Assembly: GCA_039809905.1 (NCBI GenBank)
Contig: JBDHVY010000001.1
Span: 750,001 to 782,000 of the forward strand
Direction: 5' to 3'
DNA: 32,000 bases
Origin: Candidatus Babelota bacterium
GTDB lineage: Bacteria > Babelota > Babeliae > Babelales > Vermiphilaceae
In this document: one piece after another, positions 10,434 to 19,850 of the stretch
How positions within the stretch are numbered: position 1 is the stretch's first letter
Layout: each line of letters starts with the position of its first letter
The notes under the pieces: generated by a model
Databases searched by the model: none
What the model was told of the DNA's origin: nothing
The model's input: the letters and a program-made list of their open reading frames with translations, nothing else
Position numbers and translations under genes: made by a program

Positions 10434-10945
10434 AAAAAATATGCACCAATACTGACGCTGAATGCAATCAGTGTAAGTGTTTGGCAAAAAGAAAAAGAGT
10501 ATTTATTTTTTTCTTGTAAAAGTTCAACTTCCATAATTATTGCTTCTTGTTCTAGCCGGATTTTTCTGCTGTCTTCTAATATAACAGCAGATTGACGTAA
10601 ATTTTCCTTGCATTTTTTTGCTTGTATTTTCAATGTTTCTGGTAGTAGGGTATCAATTTCTTTTTTATAGAAACGATTAGCATTAATTATATTTTCTAGT
10701 TGGTTTGTTTTTTGATCTAAATATAATCTTAGAATGCTTGTTTCAGGACATGCATCACCTATCATTGGTAAAATCTGTACCAGGTCTTTTAAGATTTTTT
10801 TTTGATGGTCAAATATTGAAACAAGATCTTTTGGATTTTCAACGGAAAGAGGATTTATTTTGGTAGGAACAAGAGCTGTTTCCATAGAAAACAGTGAAGA
10901 TTCTAAACAGAGAACAAAGAAAAAAAATTTTATTAATAAATTCAT
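10430..10945 (-). CDS. Hypothetical protein with signal peptide, coiled coil and C-terminal TM segment
   Basis: ORF convergent with the tamB-like gene (4-nt overlap). Confidence 0.6.
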   Translation of the reverse strand: MNLLIKFFFFVLCLESSLFSMETALVPTKINPLSVENPKDLVSIFDHQKKILKDLVQILPMIGDACPETSILRLYLDQKTNQLENIINANRFYKKEIDTLLPETLKIQAKKCKENLRQSAVILEDSRKIRLEQEAIIMEVELLQEKNKYSFSFCQTLTLIAFSVSIGAYFF

Positions 10946-11047
10946 ATATTTTCCATATGCATGAATGTCGTAAATAACTTTTGTTAGTTTATAGTATATA
11001 TGTATACTTGCAATGAGTTCTTATCTTAATAGCAAACAGGGGTTTTT

Positions 11048-11707
11048 ATGAAAAAATTGCTTTTATTGTTATTTTTTGCTTTTGATACAGCAGCTATGAC
11101 GACAACATTGAATAGAGCGAGCTCTTTTGGTAGAACCCATTTTATTCGTGGCTATCATCACTCGCCTATAGTCCAAACACAAAATATTCCGCCTCGAAAA
11201 CGGCTTTCACAGTCATTTTTTGGACCACAAGACAATCTTCTTTCAAAAGTTTTAAAAATAATTGAGGAAGCACAAGGAACTATTGAAGTTGCAGCTTTTG
11301 CGTTGACTGATAATCGCATTGCAAATCATTTAATAGATGCGCATAAACGAGGAGTTAAGGTGTGCATCATTATGGATAGTAGCAACATGAAAAACAATCA
11401 TAGTAAATCACAAAAATTGATTAATCATGGCATTACCGTGCTTCGCTATGAACCTTCACTGAGACCGAATTATAAAAAAAATAATTATGAACCATTGATG
11501 CATCTCAAATGGATTATAACCGATGATAGACTTATAACAGGATCAGCAAATCTTACCCGTTCAGCACAAAGTGGAGATAATGTAGATAGTATTACTATTT
11601 TCGAATGTCCAGAAGAGATAAAAGACCATCGACAAGCATTTCAAAATCTTAAACAATTTTGTGTTGAATGCAAACCAGCATCACCAGTTTCAAAAACTAA
11701 GCAATAA
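11048..11707 (+). CDS. Secreted single-HKD phospholipase D-like protein (Nuc-like nuclease subfamily)
   Basis: IEVAAFALTDNRIANHLIDAHKRGVKVCIIMD...MHLKWIITDDRLITGSANLTRSA (HxK...GSANLT). Confidence 0.85.
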   Translation: MKKLLLLLFFAFDTAAMTTTLNRASSFGRTHFIRGYHHSPIVQTQNIPPRKRLSQSFFGPQDNLLSKVLKIIEEAQGTIEVAAFALTDNRIANHLIDAHKRGVKVCIIMDSSNMKNNHSKSQKLINHGITVLRYEPSLRPNYKKNNYEPLMHLKWIITDDRLITGSANLTRSAQSGDNVDSITIFECPEEIKDHRQAFQNLKQFCVECKPASPVSKTKQ

Positions 11708-11871
11708 TAATAAAAATAGTCCAACAGCGCTTCTTTTGTTGGAAATTTTAGATAGAAATGTGATGTGCTGTGAGGTTAAAAAGCTTCATTACTACAATTC
11801 CTTCTTAGCTCGCTTCAATGCTACTGCGGATTAAAAAAAAATGCAAGAGCAAAAAAGAATGAAAATGTGCT

Positions 11872-12864
11872 TTATTTTTTTGTGCTGAAATTATTACGTA
11901 ATTGATTGATAAGTTGTTGAAAATCATCAGGTAATTCATCAACGAATGTATATTCTTTTTGATCAAAAATAAAAGATAAGCTTTGTGCATGAAGAGCTTG
12001 ACGATCAATAAGTGGAGATTTTTTTCCATACAATTGATCTCCAATAATTGGATGACCAATTGCAGTCATATGAACACGAATTTGATGCGTGCGACCTGTT
12101 GTTGGTTTTACTTCTATTAATGTTGCATCATCAAAATATTCAAGAACTTTATAATCTGTTTTTGCATGACGCACTTTGGTGTTGCCAATTTTCCCTGTAG
12201 AATCAATGAGTTCAGGATCAAAATGTGCCATTTTAAGGCGATTGATAGGATTACGGCCAATAGCAAGCGTAATGGTACCTTCTTTTGGGGGATGCCCAGC
12301 AACAATAGCTTTATAGGTTTTGCTGATATTTCTTTCTCTAAAAAGCGATCCTATTATATTATGGGCGTAATTTGTCTTGGTAATCAGTAAAATGCCGGAT
12401 GTTTCTCTATCTAGTCTATGAATGATGCCGGGTCTATCGGCAGTTCCTACTGATGTAATATCTCCATAATTATGACGAATCCAATCAACTACCGTAATAG
12501 CGTTACTTGCATTTGATGGGGCATGTACGAGTAAGGTAGCTGGTTTATGGATAGCAATAAAATGATCAGTTTCAGCGATAATGCGTATTCCCATCGTTCT
12601 ATCGATGATATCATGAGATTCTACAATGCGCTGGGAAGGAAAAATGATGGTGACGGTGTTTGTTGCATAAACAAGATTGCTTGCTTTTTTAGTTGGAATA
12701 TTGTTTATTGATATGCCACCGGCAGCAATGATTTTTTGAAAATAGCTACGTGAATAATCAGGAAAAAAATCAGCAATATAGCGATCAATACGGCACGGAG
12801 CACTATTTTCTGGCATAGTAAATGAAAAGGTAGTAGTTGGTGCAATATGGCCTTGCTTGATCAT
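11872..12864 (-). CDS. rluD: RluA/RluD family 23S rRNA pseudouridine synthase
   Basis: N-terminal S4-like domain, catalytic HRLDRETSGILLITKT, GRTHQIRVHM. Confidence 0.93.
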   Translation of the reverse strand: MIKQGHIAPTTTFSFTMPENSAPCRIDRYIADFFPDYSRSYFQKIIAAGGISINNIPTKKASNLVYATNTVTIIFPSQRIVESHDIIDRTMGIRIIAETDHFIAIHKPATLLVHAPSNASNAITVVDWIRHNYGDITSVGTADRPGIIHRLDRETSGILLITKTNYAHNIIGSLFRERNISKTYKAIVAGHPPKEGTITLAIGRNPINRLKMAHFDPELIDSTGKIGNTKVRHAKTDYKVLEYFDDATLIEVKPTTGRTHQIRVHMTAIGHPIIGDQLYGKKSPLIDRQALHAQSLSFIFDQKEYTFVDELPDDFQQLINQLRNNFSTKK

Positions 12865-13103
12865 ACAGAATCTCTTTTTTTGCTATTGATAAAAAATAGT
12901 GAATTAAGTCTTTATTTTAAGTGTCATTCATAATAGTCTTAAAGTCAAATGGCAATTTTAGTTGCATCTCTTTACAACAGCGTCTAAACTGAAAGAGTTG
13001 ATAGTCAATTTATAACTTTTTATTCCCATTGACCGTTGTTTTTACCAGGCATGCCATGTAAATCAAAGCGGAATAATGGGTAAAAACATGGGGAGAAAAG
13101 CTC

Positions 13104-14459
13104 ATGGATGTAAAAGATTTGCTTTCTGAAATCCAAAATAACATTGATGAAGTAATTTCGCAAAAAGATCCGGTAGGGATTAGCTTATGGCATGAATTGC
13201 TTAAGATTCATCCGGTTGATATTGCACAATTGTTTAAAACATTAAAAAAAGAGCATGTTATACTTTTGTATAATGCTTTACCTAAACATGTTCAATTGGA
13301 TCTTTTCCATGAATTATCAGATAAATTAAAGGTCGTTGTTCTTTCTTCTTTAGATGATCATGATCAAGCTGAAGCTTTTCAATCTCTTTCCACTGATGAA
13401 TTGACTGATTTATTTGATATTTTTTCTGATGAAGAACTTAAAAGGTACTTGGAATCATTGAACAAGCGTGTGCGTGAAAAAGTTATTAAAATGCTTACGT
13501 TTGAACCGGAATCAGCAGCAGGTATCATGCACACTGATGTGCTTACCCTGATGGAGGATTTTACGGTTGAAAAGAGTATTCAATTGATGCAGCGATTACG
13601 ACCGAGTAAAGATGTGCATCAATTAATTTTTGTGGTGAATAAAGATCATCATCTTGTTGGTTTTGTCTATTTAGAAGATCTTCTTTTTAATAAACCAAGT
13701 ACACGCATTTCTTCTTTTATGCATAAAAATGAATTAATCGCCAAAGCCCATGAAGACCGTGAGACTATAGCAAAAGAGATGGTGCACTATGGAGTGACAA
13801 CTGTTCCTGTTATCGGCAACAACAATATTTTTCTTGGTGTTATTTCAGGAGATACGTTGGTGGACGTTTTGGTTGAAGAAGCATCAGAAGACGTTCAAAA
13901 AATGGCAGCAATGTCTCCGCTGACACGTCCTTATTTTGAAACTCCTTTTTTCCAATCTGTGTATGAGCGTAGTTATATTTTAGTGATATTATTATTAGCT
14001 GGATCGGTTTCAACCACTATCATGCGTATGTATGAAGCAACGCTGACCGAAATGCTTTTGTTTTTTGTTCCAATGCTTACCAGTGTTGGAGGTAATACGA
14101 GTAATCAAACATCAGCTGTTGCAATTTGCGGTATGGCTTCTGGTGAATTTGATCATACAACAGTAAAAATGTTTTTACGGCGTGAATTGATGATGGCAAC
14201 ATGTTTATCTTTTATTCTTGGATTAACTGCATTTATACGTGTGTATTTAACCAGTGGCGTATTATGGGAAAGTCTTGTAGTAAGTTTTACGCTCGCAATA
14301 ATTGTATTAGTGTCCGTTACTCTTGGTAGTGCAATGCCATTCATTTTAAAGCGTTTCAAGATAGATCCGGCATTTTCAGCGGGCCCATTCCTAGCGACAA
14401 TTATGGATATTGTGGGAATATTAATTTACTGTACTAGTATTAAGATTCTTCTTTTTTAA
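13104..14459 (+). CDS. mgtE: Magnesium transporter MgtE
   Basis: MgtE_N domain, CBS pair, TM region with TSVGGNTSNQTSAVAICGMASGE. Confidence 0.95.
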   Translation: MDVKDLLSEIQNNIDEVISQKDPVGISLWHELLKIHPVDIAQLFKTLKKEHVILLYNALPKHVQLDLFHELSDKLKVVVLSSLDDHDQAEAFQSLSTDELTDLFDIFSDEELKRYLESLNKRVREKVIKMLTFEPESAAGIMHTDVLTLMEDFTVEKSIQLMQRLRPSKDVHQLIFVVNKDHHLVGFVYLEDLLFNKPSTRISSFMHKNELIAKAHEDRETIAKEMVHYGVTTVPVIGNNNIFLGVISGDTLVDVLVEEASEDVQKMAAMSPLTRPYFETPFFQSVYERSYILVILLLAGSVSTTIMRMYEATLTEMLLFFVPMLTSVGGNTSNQTSAVAICGMASGEFDHTTVKMFLRRELMMATCLSFILGLTAFIRVYLTSGVLWESLVVSFTLAIIVLVSVTLGSAMPFILKRFKIDPAFSAGPFLATIMDIVGILIYCTSIKILLF

Positions 14460-14599
14460 ATATTTATGTAACGAAAATATTAATTTTCCTTGACAAATTA
14501 ACGTTATAACTATAACTTTTAATACTGAATTATGTCCTTGTGATTGTTTTTTTGCATCGACATATTCAGCAAAAATTGAAATACAGATAAAAAATTAGT

Positions 14600-14675
14600 G
14601 GGGCGCTAGCTCAGTCGGTAGAGCAACAGCCTTTTAAGCTGTGGGTCGTTGGTTCGAGTCCAACGCGCCTCACCA
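14600..14675 (+). tRNA. tRNA-Lys (anticodon TTT)
   Basis: ggggcgc...gcgcctcacca acceptor stem with encoded CCA; anticodon loop cTTTTaa with TTT at 34-36; T arm gttggttcgagtccaac. Confidence 0.95.
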
Positions 14676-14759
14676 GCCTACGCATAAAGCTACGGCTGGC
14701 ACGCCATACTTATCGCGTTAGCGATGGTTACTGTGTCTTTTACAATTCTTGAAATTTAT

Positions 14760-14837
14760 GTCCTCATCGTCTAGCCTGGTCTAGGACATCGCCCTTTCAC
14801 GGCGAAAACAGGGGTTCAAATCCCCTTGGGGATGCCA
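14760..14837 (+). tRNA. tRNA-Glu (anticodon TTC)
   Basis: gtcctca/tggggat acceptor stem, anticodon arm tcgcc-ctTTCac-ggcga, T arm ggggttcaaatcccc, encoded CCA. Confidence 0.93.
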
Positions 14838-16286
14838 TTGTATACAATCACCTGAATTGGCGATTAAATCAAATGGCGAAAGCAGCTCCCAATGCAGCTT
14901 TTCTCCAATTATGCGTAAGTTCGATAGTACGGTTTTAATAAGAAGCCTTTTTTGCCCAACTTCTGAACTCATAAAAATATCATATGCTCTATCAGCCAGC
15001 TTCAGCAGCATCTCTGCGGTAATATAATAATTAGTTTCTGCTTCTTGTAATTGTTCCAAACGAATAGCGGTATCAGTTGCTTTATCTTTTAGATTAGTGA
15101 AAAACTTGTCATATTGAGCGTCAGTAATACTCCCTTTCAATTTATCCATGTAAAGATTATCCATCATCACTGTAGTGGTGTTTTGTTCTTTTAGGAGTTT
15201 TTCATTTTCTTGTTTATGAAATTCAACTTTATTTTTATGTGTTTCGGCCAAAACATCGATGATATCTTGTAAGATATTTTTTGGCATCTGCAAGCTCAAA
15301 AAAAGATTGCCTAATTCTTCAGTTATTTTTTCTTCACGGAACCACGTTGCCCCATGTTTTCCTTTTGCTTGGGTACAATGATAATAGACGTGTCCTTTTT
15401 GTCGTTCATGTGTTATTGCAAGTCCACAATCACCGCATCGCAATAAACCGCGATATAAGACATCTTCTTTACCTTTATAGCGTTGAACATTCTTGCCATG
15501 TTTCTTTCTGATTTCTTGTACTTCCTGGAATAGTGCTTGGGAAATGATGGGTGGATAATTATGAGGATAGGTTTTGCCATTGATGCTCATGATGCCGTGA
15601 TAAAAAGTGTAATTTAATATTTTATCTACATTGCTGTTTGCCCATTCAACGCCATAGTCATTTTTAATTTTCTTGCATAAGGTGCTGAAAGAAAAAGCAC
15701 CGGTTGCATATAATTCAAATGCTTTGCGCACCACTTCTGCTGCAAATTCATCTACAATGATGGTAGTCTTATCACCACCTAAGGAAATATTTTTATAACC
15801 ATAAGGTGCTTTTGCAGGCCATTCACCTTTGCGTAATTTTTGTTCAATTGCACGTTTAACGTTATCGCTGATGGCATCGGAATAATATTTTGCTAATCCA
15901 AGGCTGATGCCGAATTGAAATTTCTCCACTGCGGAAATGTTGCTATTGATAATCTGCCCATCGGAAATGAAATGCAACTCAAGCTGATCGCTCAGAGCTT
16001 TTTCATACAGGATTGATATACGCTTATCGAATGTATTTCGCGATAATCTATCTACTTTATCACAGCAAATGACGACCTTTTCTTTCTGATTGAGGGCGTA
16101 ATCAATAATCGCATCAAATTCAGAGCGGTTATTGGTATAAGCACTTTCATCAAAACTGCAGGTACGCAATACGGTAAATCCTTTATTGCGGCAGTATTGT
16201 TCGAGGCGACTGATTTGTGCTGGCAATGAATTGCCGGCTTCTTGTTGCTCTTGGGTGCTGACACGGGCGATAAGAATCGCTTTCAT
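14781..16286 (-). CDS. Large serine recombinase (resolvase + recombinase + zinc ribbon), integrase-like
   Basis: ARVSTQEQQEAGNSLPAQISRLEQYC, DKVDRLSRN, APYGYKN, zinc-ribbon LRCGDCGLAITHERQKGHVYYHC; C-terminal 19 residues are antisense to tRNA-Glu. Confidence 0.93.
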   Translation of the reverse strand: MKAILIARVSTQEQQEAGNSLPAQISRLEQYCRNKGFTVLRTCSFDESAYTNNRSEFDAIIDYALNQKEKVVICCDKVDRLSRNTFDKRISILYEKALSDQLELHFISDGQIINSNISAVEKFQFGISLGLAKYYSDAISDNVKRAIEQKLRKGEWPAKAPYGYKNISLGGDKTTIIVDEFAAEVVRKAFELYATGAFSFSTLCKKIKNDYGVEWANSNVDKILNYTFYHGIMSINGKTYPHNYPPIISQALFQEVQEIRKKHGKNVQRYKGKEDVLYRGLLRCGDCGLAITHERQKGHVYYHCTQAKGKHGATWFREEKITEELGNLFLSLQMPKNILQDIIDVLAETHKNKVEFHKQENEKLLKEQNTTTVMMDNLYMDKLKGSITDAQYDKFFTNLKDKATDTAIRLEQLQEAETNYYITAEMLLKLADRAYDIFMSSEVGQKRLLIKTVLSNLRIIGEKLHWELLSPFDLIANSGDCIQWHPQGDLNPCFRRERAMS

Positions 16287-16436
16287 CCATGAATCCTTCT
16301 GTTTTATGGGTGTTTTTTGTTGAGGATAGTGTAACAGAAGTAAGAGGGATTGCTATTGTCTGAAGCAATATGCAATCCCATTATATATTTGATAGCTTTA
16401 TAAATGTTTTATCTGATGTGTTACGAATGCTGTGTC

Positions 16437-18008
16437 TTAAAAGTTAATTCCAGTTTCCACTTTAAGCACATCACACCAACTAGAATTACATCTTGTTGTG
16501 CGGAATGCGCTGAGACATGTCCAACAAAATTCATGAGAGCATTTTTTACAAGTAATATGATTACATCCTTGATTTTTTTCAATGAAAACTTTGCAATGGG
16601 GGCAGGGCTTTATTTTGATATTTTGTAGTTCTTGTAAGCTTGATTCCGTTTGGGATCGATCTCTTGCTGCAGCTTGGCAAGATGTATTACGAGCATGTCT
16701 GGTGGCGCATGAAATACAATCATGATCTAATGTAGCGGCATTTTCGCACGACAAGTTTTGATGATCATATTGGCATGTTGCACAATATATATGGTTGCAG
16801 CTAGGACAATGTATTTGTTGTGCAGCAGCAACTTCTTCAATTGAATAGGTGCATTTACAATCTGGTGTTGGGCAAAATTTTATATAATTTTGATTGTCTG
16901 TCTTAAATTCATCAAAAGAAAATTCAAGAAAGCGATTATACAGATTTTTACAATTTTGTGTAATGTTGTATATGTCAGAAGCATTTATTTTTTTTGTACA
17001 GTTAAAATTAGGACATTTTAACTCTCGGGTACTTCCTTCATTCAAATGAGTTGAGATGAGTTCGAGCAAGCAAGTTTTGCAAAAGCTTGCTTGGCAGCCT
17101 GATTGGTGATTGCAATTGTTCATGGCATAAAATTCAGCATAATTTTTTGTGTCTAAACAGAGTGAGCATTCTAGATTTAATGAATTTAACAAAGCATTAA
17201 TATTTGCATGATTAACTCTTGCTGCATAATCAAATACTGTATCTCCGTTCTTTTGCTTTAAATGCAATATGTTATAACCAAGCATTTGAATAAATACTTT
17301 AAGGACATTGGCATGACTTTTTTTTGAAAAAGGTGTTTGTACAGCTTTGTGTACTGCTGTTTGGCCCAAAGAATCATAAACGGAAGCAAGTTCTTGCGCA
17401 GAATCACTTGCAGCTGTTAAAAGGATTTCAGTTGCTTCAGCATGACCATTTCCTGCTGCCAAATGTAGAGCTGTGTAACGGCTATGTTTTTGTAAAAAAA
17501 GAAATCTTTTTAAATTTTTGTAATGAGTATCGGAAGCATTAATTAATGTTTTGATGGCTTGTATATGACCATTCATTGCTGCAAAATGTAGAGGAGTGCT
17601 GCCGCTACCGTTATTGCTCTGTGAAATAAAGTTCTCAGAATTTTCTGTGTTTCTATGTATTTCTATTAATGTTGTAATGGCAGCAGCGTGGCCATTTTCC
17701 GCTGCTTTGTGAATTCCTAGAAAGCCATAGGCACAGGTACTAAATAGGAGTTGTTGTGTGTCATGATTGTTTCTTTGGTCGAAAATTTTCTTAATGCTAT
17801 TATTATCGCCTTGCTTACATGCTAAATGAAGTACATTTTCGCCGTCTTCGTTTCTTTTTTTTAAAAGAGATGTGTCCATGTATGATATGTCAGAAGTTTG
17901 TTGAATTACTCGTAAAAGTTGTTCTGGCGTTTGTTCCATCGCTGTAATGAAAAAAGAGCTTAATAACAGCGAAAAGAATAGCGTGTATTTTTTATAAAAA
18001 TGCATCAT
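16437..18008 (-). CDS. Secreted ankyrin-repeat protein with a RING1-IBR-RING2 (RBR) E3 ubiquitin ligase domain
   Basis: Signal peptide MMHFYKKYTLFFSLLLSSFFITAM; about 6 ANK repeats (STPLHFAAMNGHIQAIKTLI, YTALHLAAGNGHAEATEILL); RING1 CSLC...CNHQSGCQASFCKTC...CPNFNC; IBR FCPTPDCKCTYS...HCPSCNHIYCATC; RING2 CPHCKVFIEKNQGCNHITCKKCSHEFCWTC. Confidence 0.92.
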   Translation of the reverse strand: MMHFYKKYTLFFSLLLSSFFITAMEQTPEQLLRVIQQTSDISYMDTSLLKKRNEDGENVLHLACKQGDNNSIKKIFDQRNNHDTQQLLFSTCAYGFLGIHKAAENGHAAAITTLIEIHRNTENSENFISQSNNGSGSTPLHFAAMNGHIQAIKTLINASDTHYKNLKRFLFLQKHSRYTALHLAAGNGHAEATEILLTAASDSAQELASVYDSLGQTAVHKAVQTPFSKKSHANVLKVFIQMLGYNILHLKQKNGDTVFDYAARVNHANINALLNSLNLECSLCLDTKNYAEFYAMNNCNHQSGCQASFCKTCLLELISTHLNEGSTRELKCPNFNCTKKINASDIYNITQNCKNLYNRFLEFSFDEFKTDNQNYIKFCPTPDCKCTYSIEEVAAAQQIHCPSCNHIYCATCQYDHQNLSCENAATLDHDCISCATRHARNTSCQAAARDRSQTESSLQELQNIKIKPCPHCKVFIEKNQGCNHITCKKCSHEFCWTCLSAFRTTRCNSSWCDVLKVETGINF

Positions 18009-18067
18009 AAAATACCTTTGTGCTAATTAGTTTTATATTATTAATATATTATATGATAAATGAACAT

Positions 18068-19249
18068 TTAACGAAAATAGTTCTCATGCAATATTGTTTT
18101 TGTGATAATCTTAAATTCTTCCAAGCAATCCCTAATAACCTTAAAGGAATTAGGCTGAATAGGATGCGAAGAAGTACTAACATCCTTCATATCAGCCATT
18201 AACCGATACCAGCTGCGTTTATTATAAGCTCCAAACATTGTGCGTAGTTCACGCATGCCAATATGATCAAGCGCTAATTTCATCCCATACAGCTGCAAAA
18301 TGCGGCGAGGGCTAAGAGTGGAATTATTAAAAATAAGGGCAACAAGCAGCGATTTTGCATTGCCTGCCTTGAAATCCAGCAGTGGTGGTCGGGCGCGTTC
18401 AATTTCATCAAGATAATGCAAGAGTACTTTGCGCGCGATATTTGTTTTAAACAGGCCTTTAAAAGTAAGTTGAGCTTTGATTCCTACCTTTTTTAAGATC
18501 TGTTCGATTTTACGCCTATTATTTAATCGTGCTTCCATACGCAATACTTCAAACATCTTTTTATTATGCAAAGACTCATACAAATTCAACTGAATTGTAT
18601 TATCTTTTTCCATCGAACGTTTATCGCTTTTCTTTGCTTGTTCAAGATCACGAATTTTATCATAGAATACCAGCTCATAACTATTGCTGTGCCATTTATA
18701 GCTATGTCCTGTGTTGCGATAATCGGTTTGATTAATATCAAGAGAGAGCTTGATATTTGCTTCTTTTATTTTGCTGATGTAATGATACGGAATTGATCCA
18801 TCAGTAAGTGGAATGTTTTTTGAAAAATGGATGCCTGAAACGACAGCATTGCTAAGTGCATCGATTGTCGTTACAATTCCCATGCTGTGTAAAACATTGC
18901 AGAGTTTTTCTACAAGTTCAGGAAATTGTTTTTGTGTCAATTCTTCAAAGTTATTACCAAATAAAGTCTTAGGCAGTGATAATTCAATTTTAAGCACTGT
19001 TTTTGCGCTAGCTGATGCAGGGGAATGGGATTGCTGCTTGCCCTTCGAAGCCTTGGCGAAGTAGGGAAAAAGGGTAAGCCGAGGCTTATAAAGGCCTAAT
19101 ACTAACTCTTTTTTTGTAGGGTTTTGTTTTGAAGTAATACCACGTGATATAAAATTATTTTTCATCAAGCGTGCAGATGGTGTGAATGCATCTGGGTTGG
19201 TAATGTGAAATAAATCCTCAGTAAGCATTAAGATAATGGTATCGATCAT
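18068..19249 (-). CDS. Putative phage/plasmid-type replication initiation protein (gene II/X-like)
   Basis: Overall pattern MIDTIILML..., NIPLTDGSIPYHYISKIKEANIKLSLDINQTDYRNTGHSYKWHSNSYELVFYDKIRDLEQAK, FEVLRMEARLNNRRKIEQIL; recognised by family resemblance, no search done. Confidence 0.5.
   Translation of the reverse strand: MIDTIILMLTEDLFHITNPDAFTPSARLMKNNFISRGITSKQNPTKKELVLGLYKPRLTLFPYFAKASKGKQQSHSPASASAKTVLKIELSLPKTLFGNNFEELTQKQFPELVEKLCNVLHSMGIVTTIDALSNAVVSGIHFSKNIPLTDGSIPYHYISKIKEANIKLSLDINQTDYRNTGHSYKWHSNSYELVFYDKIRDLEQAKKSDKRSMEKDNTIQLNLYESLHNKKMFEVLRMEARLNNRRKIEQILKKVGIKAQLTFKGLFKTNIARKVLLHYLDEIERARPPLLDFKAGNAKSLLVALIFNNSTLSPRRILQLYGMKLALDHIGMRELRTMFGAYNKRSWYRLMADMKDVSTSSHPIQPNSFKVIRDCLEEFKIITKTILHENYFR
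19041..19066. repeat. Imperfect palindrome inside the rep-like gene
   Basis: cccttcgaagccttggcgaagtaggg; encodes the low-complexity insert PYFAKASKG. Confidence 0.55.
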
Positions 19250-19317
19250 GCAGCTAATCCCCAGATGAAGTTAATACGATCATCATCAAGATAAGGATAA
19301 ATGCTTACAAAAACAAG

Positions 19318-19352
19318 TCCCGCTGCGCGGTTTATTGCATAGCGGGAGTTTT
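19318..19352. terminator. Probable Rho-independent terminator hairpin
   Basis: tcccgct...agcggga 7-bp perfect stem followed by gtttttac; A/T-rich on both sides, possibly bidirectional. Confidence 0.6.
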
Positions 19353-19537
19353 TACATGAAGAACAACGGAGTTATTTCGATTTTTTCTTTTTTTTTTGCG
19401 CTTGTAGATGTACGACGTTTGCGTGTCACACCTTTTTCCAAATCTACTTCAACGAGCAGCATAAAGAAGTCCGCAACACGTTTTTTTTCGTCGAAAGTTA
19501 ATACTCTCACAGCCTTCGTTGGGCGAAGTCGGACCAT
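19352..19537 (-). CDS. Possible small basic protein upstream of the rep-like gene
   Basis: 61-aa ORF MVRLRPTKAVRVLTFDEKKRVADFFMLLVEVDLEKGVTRKRRTSTSAKKKEK; small and basic; antisense ORF of similar length exists. Confidence 0.35.
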   Translation of the reverse strand: MVRLRPTKAVRVLTFDEKKRVADFFMLLVEVDLEKGVTRKRRTSTSAKKKEKIEITPLFFM

Positions 19538-19850
19538 ATAATACTTTCGTATTAAAACTAAAAAATGTTGGATACAGTGATAGCGTAGAATTTTATTGAG
19601 CGAGAATCGAATTTGATGTGACTAACAACTCAAGAAAAAATTGTACGCCATGATATCTATGATCGGTTCTGAATCATAGTCAATACTTGCTATTGCGTAC
19701 ATATTTTTCCTTTAAAATGGATAAGTTCATTACGACTATTGTTGCAATAATAGCATATAATGAGGATAATTCAAGAGAAGAAGGTATAGCCGTTGCTGGT
19801 AAAACTATGCTAAAATTTTTAAGTTTTTCTGTTTTTAAGGGGAGCGAGGT

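Noticed and set aside
12865-13103. Possible Mg2+ (M-box/ykoK) riboswitch upstream of mgtE
   Set aside because: The leader has a long hairpin but I could not find the conserved M-box core; treated as part of a palindromic element instead.
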